From NCBI GenBank assembly GCA_963924565.1, contig OZ004614.1, forward strand, positions 22,010,001-22,074,000: a stretch of 64,000 nucleotides of DNA, in the 5' to 3' direction. Source of the stretch: Ascidiella aspersa (taxonomy: Eukaryota). The notes beneath the pieces are model-generated. The model did no database searches. It was not told the origin of the DNA and saw only the letters and a list, made by a program, of their open reading frames with translations. The position numbers and the translations under genes were made by a program. This document shows, in pieces, positions 25,301 to 37,300 of the stretch (position 1 is its first letter; each line of letters begins with the position of its first letter).

Positions 25301-28300
25301 GAATGTTGCTCAGGTTCACGCTAGGGGCGCACGGTGACGTCACGCTGCGCACTCGCTTGTCTGCGCAGCAAGGGAGAGGGCTTAAATGTGGGTTCGGGCA
25401 ATTTTTTGCCAAATTTTTGTTGCTGGCTCAAGTGTTTGTAACGTAACATAGGTATATTTGTTATACAAGTGAGCTTCAAAGAACATAAATTTTTCGCTGA
25501 TTGCCCAATTATCTCCAATCACGTCACTTACCACGAAACAGGTAAAAAACATAAATTTAGGTGTTCCTGTCACCTTGCAATAATTACTCTGAGCACACAA
25601 AATACCTGTGGGCTTCGTTTGCTTAAAACGAAACCTTAAGGCATTTCAAGTTAGCTTGATCAGCAACAGACACTTATAAAGAAAAATGGTATTTATTTGA
25701 AAAGACTAGACTTCGACTTAAGTCATTTTACGAAAGACTTGACTGGAAATTATTTCAAATTGACTTGTTTACAACACTGCCTTTAACTTACGTGCTGGAG
25801 GACCGTCCGGGTCGGGCTTGATCGGATGCGGATCGGAAGAGGAGTTGGAGGAGGCGGCGGCAGCGGCGGCTGCGGATCTCTGGAGGTTGATCTCCTGTTT
25901 GACGCTGAGCACGCTCATCAGAGGTTCTTGTTTAATGGCAAGATCCCGCGGCGCCGCCATTGGTTCCTGCTTAACGTGGGGAAAAGCCCCTGGTTTGTCA
26001 AACTGGTGCTGTTCCGTCTTTAGCATCAAAGAACCGGCTGGGCTTTTGATGCCGTCATTGGCGCCGCCGGGGTAGTTGGGTCCGTATTGCCCCCCACGCG
26101 ACTCCCCGGGTCCGGGAGGGGGCAGGGGGGTCCAGTTGCAGTTGGCGTCGATCGCCACCGAGCTGACTTCCTTGTTGCTTTCCTGCACCGTCTTAAACAC
26201 GTTGGAAACGAACTCGTCGATTTCGAGAACCTCGGGCGGCGAGGGTTTTCTGCGTATAAAGGAAATATCACGATTAAAAGGGTCCAACAAATTGAACTTT
26301 TAACATGTGGTATACTTTTATATATATATATATAAATATATATATATGAGCGTCTATATAGTGACTCGATTTTACCTTAGCCTCACTTACCGCACTGATG
26401 ATGGCAAAAGAAATTGCCGAAACGTTTGCTAATCAAAGAATGAATCTTTTATCTATTATTTGGGCCACTCTCTTTCTACTAAAGATTATGAACAGATCCG
26501 TGTTTAGTGTTCCTCATATATATATATGCATATATTTTGACGGAAATGACTTTACTGAACAGGATACCCTCGGGCAAATGTGACCCTCGGTAGGACCAAG
26601 GGGAGATTACAGATACTCTGGGTGTGATACTTAGGTCTTTTTATTTTTTCGCTAATTGCCGCTGCGTTTGACACTGCATTGAGATTTGCCACTTTACTCG
26701 AATCTAGAGTGAGTTTTCGATCAGCAGTAAATTAAATCAAACTATGCAGCGGTTAAAGGGGAGAAAAAATCATTTGTGATCTACGCTCGCCGGCAAAACG
26801 TCATTTACACACTTTTGATAGCAATCGAGTTGACCGTTCGATTTGAAAGAAGTGATGTTAATTTCTTTCTCGGAATAAACTCAAGCACCGTGATTTTAGG
26901 CCAGTAATGGCGGTCAAAGACGCATTTTTTGCGTACCTAAATCAGTGTGAATCTGTCCAGGATTGCACAGCCTCTTCTGTAAAAACTGGTAAACTATAAC
27001 TTACCGGCAAATCGGACACAGCCACGTTGCATTGTCACCGTTGAACTGCAAGTAGGACTCGAGGTCGAAGCACTGCAAAAAACATGTTTTACTGGCTTAG
27101 ATAGATGTGTGTTTTAAAATATTTTTATAGAAACGGGCGGGGAGGTATCGATCAAGCCGCCGTATAACTTCGTCAAATCTCGGTTTGATGAGCTTCCATT
27201 GCGACTTGCTCTAGGATTTACTTCGGGAATTTCGGATTAGTAAGTATATTAAATAAATTTCATTTGCGTGTGGTATTTATTTTTGCGTGTGGTACCCAGC
27301 CCTCGTACAACTATTTCACAACTATTTCTCTATTTAAGGAGCTGGTGCCGCCACTTGGAGGCAGGGCCCTAAACTGAGCTTTCGAATAATCTAGTAATCT
27401 TTAAAACACAAACAACAACTTTAAATCGCAAATCGGCACCTGTATGTGTTTGCAGTCCTGGCCCCTTGCCGGTATCTGGATGCGTTTCATCGATAGAGGG
27501 CACAAGAGAGACACTCGCACCGAGGTGGACGTCTGCTCACTAGCGCCGCCAGTGTCTCGGTTGATGGCTGTTGTCGTCATCGCGTTGTTGGACGAGATGG
27601 CACCGCCGTGGAAATAGCTCTGGACTGCAGGACAAAAAGGTTTTATTGTTGTTTAGTGTTATACTGAAAGCGGAAAGACTTATCACAATCTGTAGACAAC
27701 TTTGGTTATGCAAGAATATAAAATCATGAAATAAAATTTATATAGCTATACTAGTTTTAGTAATTAGGCTTATAGGGATATCAGTATTTCTTTAATCCTA
27801 CCCTACTATTACTTATGTACTTTACGGCTTAATTAATTTAGGCTTAATGTTAATCGAATTTAGTTTCTACTTACTTTTCGTCATGCAGTTCATGTTTGGT
27901 AATATCCTTTTCTGCAGCAATCCCTTCATGACGTAACGAATGCTGGGGCGGTGAACGAGTTGCATTACGAACAAGTGAGACTGGTCAGAAAAGGTAAAAG
28001 TTTAAATTAAACTAAGAAAACTAAACGAAAAAAGTAAGATTTGGGCACTTTCAGAAAAAAAGTTCTGCGATGCGACTTTAATAAAATTAAAAACAAAAAA
28101 GTGTTTAAAAAAATTAAGCGAATGAATCAGACAGTTTTAAAATTAGTAATTTCAGCAAAAACGCGAACAATTTTATCTTTGAATTTGGCAAATTCTTTCC
28201 ACTGAAGTTGCAAACTAATTAATAAATATTCTTGACTTTTATTCTCTTAGTTGATTAGCTAAAAGGTCAAATGTTGACAAATTGAATTTAACTTTAGACA

Positions 28301-31300
28301 GCCTCTCTCAACATTTTGCTTCATACAGTATCAATAGGTAAAAAAACGGCAAAAGTCGACCAGCCGTAAAATCACGCGCGCAAGTTAAAATTCATTTTAT
28401 TATATCAGTGCTGGTTATATTATGGGAAATAACTACAGATAACTTACGCAGCAACAGGCCGACACCGCAATTGTTATTTCGTTGCGGCCAGGCCGGCATT
28501 CTTTTTTCAGGTAAATAGGCTTGTGCATTGACCTCGAGTGACCCCGTCGGATTGGCATGGGCGTGTTGTTCACGCGGACCTGGAAATTTTCCAAATGCAA
28601 ACAACTTTCACTTTTGAAAAAGTGTTAAACTTAAACAACCCTGCTTCCAAAATGTTTTAAAAACGTAAACAATTATTTTTCTCTACGAAATTAACAAAAA
28701 GGCTATTTTTTGTAAATAACCTTTAAAGGCAGGCGAGTACTTTTAAGGTTTTTTTTTTCAGATAAGACCAATGTTTTGAGGTTCTTTATATACGCACACA
28801 AGGCCTTGCTTCACTTGCGACACAACTAGAATATTGCGAAATCATCGTACCGAAAAAGACAATTCAGACGTAAAAAATGAATCGGCTACCTGCACCGTGT
28901 TGGGCCAATTGGTCTGCTTCAGCATGTCTTCATGATGATAGCATTTAAACTGAAGGTCGAGGTCGGGTCTGGAGAAAAAACAACTTAATTTATTTGTAAA
29001 GGCATTTACACTTCAACTCATTTTTCCAAGAAATGATGTCGGTGAAACAATGCAGTAGCGCAAGGATAATATCGACGACCACCTATAGAATGATTTTCCC
29101 TGTTTTCGAAGAAGTGGAATTTTTGTAGCAGAAAGCAGTCCGACTCAAAATTACAGTTTGTAAATCTATCGCTCTCATTTTCAAAATAGGTTCAATTACC
29201 AAGTAATGTCGGCCAAATCGAAATTATTCTTATAGGAATATGAATGGCGATAATCCGTAACCTTGCCAAAAATCAATTTGGATAAGGTGCCATTTTGGTA
29301 AAGATTGCAAATAAATCCAGAGCGCACAAGATATTAAAAAACTATTAAGTCTTGTTTTCCTGTTAACAAGCTGAACAACGATGGACCAAAACAATACAAC
29401 TATAAGTTCGCAAAACGAGCGCAGTTCCAGCGAACGTTCCCGGATAATTCGACGATTAATTCAATTATAAAGGGGTTCTTCTGGCAAATATGTGTTCAGC
29501 GCCGACGCTTCGATTATCTACACGGGTAATCTTCTTCAGGGCAATAAACTTGTAACTTTACAGAAGGGTGTATATGAAGTAAGGAAAAAAACAAAAAACG
29601 TTTTTTGTTTATTGCCCTAAAGAAGATTACCCGTGTAGGTAATCGAAACGTCGGCGCTGAATACATATTTGCCAGAAGAACCCCTTCATAATAGATACAA
29701 TACCTGGCAGCAACAGTGTATTCATTGAATTTGACGAATATTTCAATCAAATTATCTAGAGCCCAGAACGTATAACTTTGTCGATTTGGCCAGCGATTTA
29801 ATTTGCGCCACTGAACTTACCTCTCAAAAAGCGTCTTGTGTACAGAGTTCTGTAGCGTGAAGGCGTGCGTACTGATGCTACGGTTGTGCTCCAGACGGAA
29901 GGCGTCCAACACTATTCCGTCGCGGATCGCGAAGATCAAACGCTGCTCGTCCGGCACTAGGGGGAGACAAAGAGGTAAACTTAAGGTTTAAACACAGCTA
30001 TTCGTGTAAGCAATTCGCGAATCATTCGGGTAGCGAGAATTTGTTACTATAGTGCAGTGGTTCTCAACCGGGGTGCCGCGGCGCCCTGGGGTGCCATTTC
30101 TCATGCTCAAGGGTGCCGGGAGATATTTAAAATCTTTAGGAATCTGATTTTTGCTCAACTCTTACAATTTTTGTGTGCATTGCTTAGAGTTGATGTTTCT
30201 TGTTCCAGTTCTGTTAATGGTGACATTCTAGTGAATTATACCTACCAAAAAATCTTGTAGGGGTCCCGCAATCTATTTAATATTTTTGACGGATGCCGCT
30301 AACCATTTAAGGCTGAGAAACACTGCTATAGTGATTTCAGGTAGCGCCAAAAAAGTATTTGCGCACCCACCCATGAGATAAGCAACACGAAATCGATGTC
30401 AATTGCCCCGGTTTTCAAATCGTACCCGCATCAGAGCGTGTTCTTTCTATCTAATTTTTCAAAAACGTCCAAAATCGAAATTCCCCTTGCAACTTTTAGC
30501 TTACGGTAACGAGTCTTGTGTTATAGGTTAAGAAATTATGTATTGAATACCGGACAGTTACCTATGAGAAGCGAGCAAAGGTTTTGTGGCTATAATTTAC
30601 AAATCAACCATTTTGTTTGGCATTATAAAAAGGCGAGTTGTTTTACACCCTAGCATTTTTTTGTGTAACAGTATATCGGTCGTGACCTTGTGCCGCGGAA
30701 TAAACTAGACCGAAACACTGTGTTTCAGGTTTTTTGTCGGGCAGCATTTATGTCAACAGCGGCAAAGCACACACGGCGTTCGGCACAGATATTTTCCGAT
30801 GCCCAAAATAGCGTTTGGCGCGACTGGGCAAATAAGATAAGGCCGTTGTCACCCAAACGAACACACTCTGGTGCCGTAAGTGGGAATACTGCACGTAAGC
30901 AGTATCAAAACGGAGGTCCGTCTCTGATTTTGAAGTGGCGGTGTCTATTGTCAAATAGTGGGAAAATGGCACGAAGGGTGATTCGAGACGATTTGGCTGA
31001 CTTTGCAGTGGTAGCATTGCCTGGAATTGCCTGAAATATATATTTGTATTTCATTTACGTACAAGCTTACGTTCGCATTAAAAGCAGTTAAAAAAAAAGC
31101 GGTTTCCCTTTTTCAACCATATTTGGTGGCAATTTAACACACATTAGGATGCTGATTTTTAAAATAAATGGGGTTTAGGTTACTTTGGAAGCAGACACAG
31201 AAACATATATGAAAAGAAACCCAAAAGTTGGTTAAAATAGAGAGGCTGGCTGTAATAAAACATGATCGCCAAGCACAGTGGTTTTCAACCGGGGTACAGC

Positions 31301-34300
31301 GGCACCCTGGGGTGTCATTTTTGTTGCTCAAGGGGTATTTATTTGGCAACCTTTAAGAATCTGATTTGTGCTCCATAGCTGGTAAGCATCTTGATACAAC
31401 CATATGCGATTAGAGTACATTATATCATATTATAATTTCCTGCATGTGCTCTTTCAGTTCCATTTAGATTAACACTGCAATTAATTATTTTTGAGGGAAA
31501 TATTTTTTAATTTCCAGCGATTAATGATTTTTGAGGGACGCCGTAAGACTAGAAAGCTATGAAACAACTGGCCTAGCTGTTCCAATATCACACGAAAACA
31601 GGTCGCAAAAACGAACTTCGTCAGTTGATGAAGAAGCGGTGCAAGTTGACCTTCTTTTAACTGAATTTAATTAAAGTCAAGGAACACGAAAAGGCCCTCA
31701 TGAAACGCAAACAAAGCATAGAGCTCGGCGTATCGGGGGAATTGGCCCGGGGCCCCGAAATCGCAGTCTCCCTCGTATGCAAATACACCGGCGGTCGCCC
31801 CGGGCCACTGCCAGAGTTTTCCAGCTTATTAAGGAGCAAAGGTCAGCTTCAATATGAAGATGAAAGTTATGATTAATGGCGTCGGTTATCGGCGCGACGG
31901 GAGCGGCAGGCCGCTTTGGTACGTGACTGGCATTTTCGGCCGGGAACCTCAAGGCCACCTGAGAAGTCCGCGCCCGGAAAAAGGGCAGGGTGAGACAGAT
32001 AAGGCGAACCTTTTGCGGCGCGCGTCTTATTATTACATAACATTAAATAAAGTGAGTCACGGTGGAATATTCGCACCAGGCGATAGTGGATAATTTCTTT
32101 TCATAAATTTAAAGCTACCGAGATACATTTTGTTTAAATCAGTGATTTTCGGCCGGTGTTCCAGGGTTCATTTGTGAAATTAATAAATCTTGTGCAGAAC
32201 ATCTCATGATCTTTCACTGAACACTATAGATTTATTTTCTATTAGGCGTCCAGGCAGTGCGAAATCTAAGCGTAATCTGGCTAAACACACGTAATGCCGA
32301 CAAGTTTTTGCACTGATTTGAGAATTGTGGTGGGCATTTGCGTCTTAAAAGGCCCACTGGTATATCTATTTGCCTTGATCTTAACTACACGTATTTATAG
32401 AGGTGCAGAAGTGTTCAGTGGAAAAGGTCTAGAAACGCGAAAACCTATGGACGTGATAATGGTTGAAATCCATCCGTACAAATATTAAAAACATCAGAGA
32501 ATCGTAACGCTTTTAAAAACCGACAATATATCATTTTTTTAAAAGAAACGCTCACGCGGTAAGTGGAAATTTGCGCGTTAGGGCGAAAAACCTGACGTGG
32601 TAAAGCGAAAAATAAAATTCCAACGATTTTTAGCAAAATTTCTTGGGAACGTTGGTCGTTCACTCGTTCAGATGTTCACCTTTTCCAAAAACCGTCGAAT
32701 ATCCATTAGCCTCGTCAAGCTAAGGTATACCTTGACAGCCCCGGGGGACTTGAGTTTGCGGTGTACTGCCAGACGAGCACTTGTTTAGGCGAGCTCATTC
32801 GCCGATCTTATCACGTTCTTTCACCAAATCGGCCGTTTTACTCAGCCACTTCAAAGGCTAACCCCGTCTTAAATTCACCCGAAGCATTCCTTGTTTATGA
32901 CAACCGAACTGCGCCTCGAGAAACGCCGCCAGCTTTGCTAGTTAAAGCACGCAAAGGGCAAAACATATAGGTCGGTTTGTTTGGCAGCTTTTTGTGCGTT
33001 AAATAGCGAAAAGGAAAATAGAGAAAAAATTGAACGACCAAGCCTCAAACTAGGATAGGTAAGGGTTATTTGAGTTCGAAAAAAGTTGCTACGGAACTTT
33101 TTTTTATATGTTTCAGCAGTAGGAAACGGTACTACAAATTTTGTGCGGGCTAAAATTTTTGTTAATTTAAACCCCAAATATAAGGTAAAATTTGACTGGG
33201 TTTCGCGTTTGGTGATAATTAATGAGTCCGTGTTTTTTTTTTAGAATTTTCTCTTACTACAGCCAGCATCTTCCGCTCAAACATATAAGGTAAAATTTGA
33301 CAGGGATTGGGGTTTGGCAATAATTTTAATTCTGTTTTTTTTTTTACAGAAAACGTCTTCAGTAACCATTCACAGGCCCAAAACGCGGCCATTTTAAGTC
33401 TTTTAACGTGCTCACCCTGCTTTTCGAACTTGTCCATGCTCGGATAAGGGGGCACATTGTGGGCACTGCCGGGGGTCAGGGGTGGAGTAGGGTTTCCCGG
33501 GATTGGATTCGGCTGCTGTTGGTTGCTGGGGAATGACAAGGGTCGCACCTGGGTGGGTAAAGCATAAACCGTAATTAGTTTTATATACGTTTTTTAGCGT
33601 TAGTGAGGTGGTAAGCTTTTTATATCCTTTTTCTGTTTTTTTAATTATAATTGAATTCAAATCACTTAATACTAAACAAAACAAAATATTCCAATAGTTA
33701 TTTAAACTTGATATGTAAAAAAGAATAAGCAATATGTAAACAAACATCAGGCAAATGATGTACTTAAAATGTGTTAACAATCGTACAGTACGACTCGTAC
33801 TGCAAGCTTTAACATTTAAAATAAATAGATTTTCCTATATTCGTAGAATAATAACAAAACATTAACGCTTCACCAATGAAAGCAACAATTCTTTATAAAA
33901 ACAAAAAAAAAGTTTGACAAAAAATTAAAAAATATATTTTTTTTCCGAAAAAAAAAAAAAAAAAAAAAAAGAATTTGTTACAAAGTAGCAACTCACTTCG
34001 TTGGGGTAATGGGGCGGGAAAGACCTGGGGCTGGAATGCTGGTAGGAAAAGTTGGATTCGCCGCCCATCGGTTGGGGGCATTGCTGGTAAAACTGATTGG
34101 CGCCGGACGCCGGTGGCCTGGGACTGTACCCGGGGGTCGACTGTCCCTGTGGCCCGCCCCCTTGGGGGTGATGGTGGGGGTGGGCGTCGTGGGGCTTGTT
34201 GAATTGGGTCGATGGACTCCCGTTAAATTGCGGCTGGCCGTACGGCTGAAATTACAAAATAGAAAATAAGGATAAAAACGCTGCGATACGAAAAGTATAA

Positions 34301-37300
34301 AGTGGTCCAAACTTTGGCGAAATGTTTTCTTGATTATCTAGAAGAAGGTTTCCTTGTTCCTTAAACTATTTTAGGTTACATTTTAATATGTGTATCCAAG
34401 TTTTGGAATCCTTAGGCGAACAAGACAAAACAGGATTTGTTGGTAATTTGATTTTTAAAGGTTCAAATGCAGCACGAATTATTTCACACCAATTTTTCAC
34501 ATAAAAACTATATGCGATGTCAATGTCTGAAGTTCTTCAGACTATTAAAAACTGCCCAAAATGACAACGTTTTTATAACCCAAAATAAAGATCCAATCAG
34601 ATACAAAATAAAGATTATTTACCACCAATTTGCATGAAAAAACGGCGAAACAATGTATGTACGAAGTTATTACCCCATCATTTATTTTAAAGGGCCCCCT
34701 TTATAATCATTTTAATGTATTGCCGAAGCAACGAATTGTTTCTGCAATAAAATATTATCATATACGAATACCAAAGATTTCAGTAAAAACGCTAAAATTG
34801 GCACCGTTTTCTCGCGCAACAAACTTTTTAAACGCTTCAAGTACCTGGTTGGGGCTATACATGTCGTTGCCGCACATAGGGGCTTCCTGGTGGCGCCCGG
34901 GCATCGGGGGCGCCCCTCCATGCCCCTGGTACGACGGCAGACCCCCGTGGGGCACGCGCTGGTACTGCTGGGGCATCTGGGGCCGCGAACGGTTGAAGTT
35001 CTGGCCCGAGGCCCCCGGAAAGCTCTGTGGGAAAGCCCCCTGCTGATGCTGGGGCATGTGCTGGTGGGGCATGTAGTTGTTGCCCGGACCACCCTGCATC
35101 TGGAAAATCAAGTTCAAGGTTAAAATACTGATTTATCGTCTGAGGTTCAAATTAAAAAAACGGAAAATCTTTAAACGTGAAGTTAAGACAGCAAAATGTT
35201 AAAAACGAAATGTTAAAAAATAAATTTAGTTTTTCGTTCAAAGTTAAAATACTGACTATCGTCTAAGCTTCGTTTTTTTACAGAGCTGTAAACCCTTTAA
35301 AGGTGAAGGTAGAATAACAAAATGTCAAAAATTGTGTTGTTTACCAGTCTGTCTAACGTTAACGAAAGAAGATTGGCGTTTTGTTAATACTCTTCTGTAT
35401 ATTAATTATTTTTTCCCTTAATTTAACTCGTATAGGTTATGAGTTTGATTTTCTGTAGACTGTAGAGTATATTGCGGCATTCGCAACTCTTTGTATTGGT
35501 GAAAATTATATAAAATTAAAACATAGGTTACATAGAATGCCCTCCAAAAAAAAAACGTATCCCGTAATAATAAACTCGTTGAAAACGCCGCGTAACAGAC
35601 AATAATTTTTCAAATTTTTTCGCGTTTCTTCAATCGTTAGTTATAAAAAAATGTTTACTGTTCAACCTCAAGCCCGGAGAAGGAATTAGGCTAGACAATA
35701 GACCGAATAACGAAAGTGTTTTTCCGCCCACGATTCGCCCGTTCGGGGTCAGCAAGCTAGCGCAAACAGCCAGGGATTACGAACACAAAAAAGAGTCGTG
35801 ATCCCGGTAAACAGGTGTCGGACCTCACGTGAGCTTAGATAGGGTGGTCTTACATCGCCAATTGTGTTTGAGGGGGTTGAGTGGTGGGTCGGACCGCCAA
35901 ATGTAAGGTGGGGGGGGGGGGGCGTATAGTTAACGCCATGTTTACGAGAAGAATACAAGATTAGATAAGTTTCCGGTTGGAAACGGCTTCATAAAAACTG
36001 GAACACCGGGTTTCCTTTAGGTTATCCTTGATTAGTAAATAGGATTTAAAGGGAATTGGTCGATACAAATTGCTTTAGATTATGGTGAGATTCGAGATTC
36101 GAACTTTACAAACTATTAAAGACTGATTTTCGCACATGTGTGTTTATGGTCCTAAGGGCATTAAAAGCTGTGCTAGAAAGCTACGGTTTGGTGTATTTAT
36201 AGAATGACTTAGATCCCGTGTATAGAGTTCGTTTAAGTGACTACGAAGAGCGTAACAGGTGTTCACAAATATAGCGTATATGAGTTTCACGAATCGACTA
36301 TAAGCTTTAAACGTATACGTGTTGAAGGTCTGCTGTTTGACTAACTAAGCTGCGGACGCCGCGTCTTAAAAACGCGATTTTTTTCCCTTTTCGATCAGCA
36401 AATGTGCTGGTCGCGGTTCGCACGCATTCCTAAAAAAAGATGCTTCTTTGGCTAGAGGCAACCTGTTGCCAAGAGCTGAAAACAACGGAAAGAGAGGCGG
36501 AGTGAAATGGGGTCGACAAAACCCACAACGGAGGACTTATAACCCCGTCGTCGGCCGACAATAAGCGCAAAGCTAAATCAGAACACGAAACGAGATCAAA
36601 AGTTCAGCAAGCCCTCGGCGTGAGCTGGAATTGGATAATGGATCGCTACCCGCCCGGGTCGCTGTCAAAACAACGCGTCGACAAGGGGCTCCGCATTCCA
36701 AGCCGAGTCCGCATCAGCGGCGTGGAAGAGAATGCAAAGAGAGAAAGGGGAAAAGCAAAAAGAGAGCGCGGGAAAAAAGGGGAGGACGCTGATCGAAAAC
36801 AGGAGGCGCTTTTTGTCCGCGAAACGGGGAATCGAAAACGGTTTAAAAACTGAGCTGAAAAAGCATACCTGTTTGCTATGTAGGTGAAACGACACCAGTC
36901 TAGGCGGCGCTGGTCGCACCTATACGCGGACCCTGAGCAATACTCTTCGACGCTCTTATCTCTCGTGCATCGCTAGGATAAACAAGGTATAATCCGGATC
37001 CATCGTAGCCACTTGTCATTGCGCATTGATCATCGCCAGATCCGGTATTTTTGGCTAGCTGAGGGCAAGCCGCTGCTGCTGCCTCTAACTTTTCAGTTTT
37101 ATCGTTTCGACGGAGCGTTTCAATTAAGTTGAGGATCAATCATTGTCCCCTTTGGACCCTTCGAAAGTGGCAGCACCCCAGACTCCAAAAAGAAAAAGCC
37201 GATAAAATAAACGGCAGCCTTAACAGCGCTTCTTAACAAATGATTGCACGAAGTTCTTCAAATTGATTGCACGGAGTCTTAATAGGCGCTAATTTTCGTT

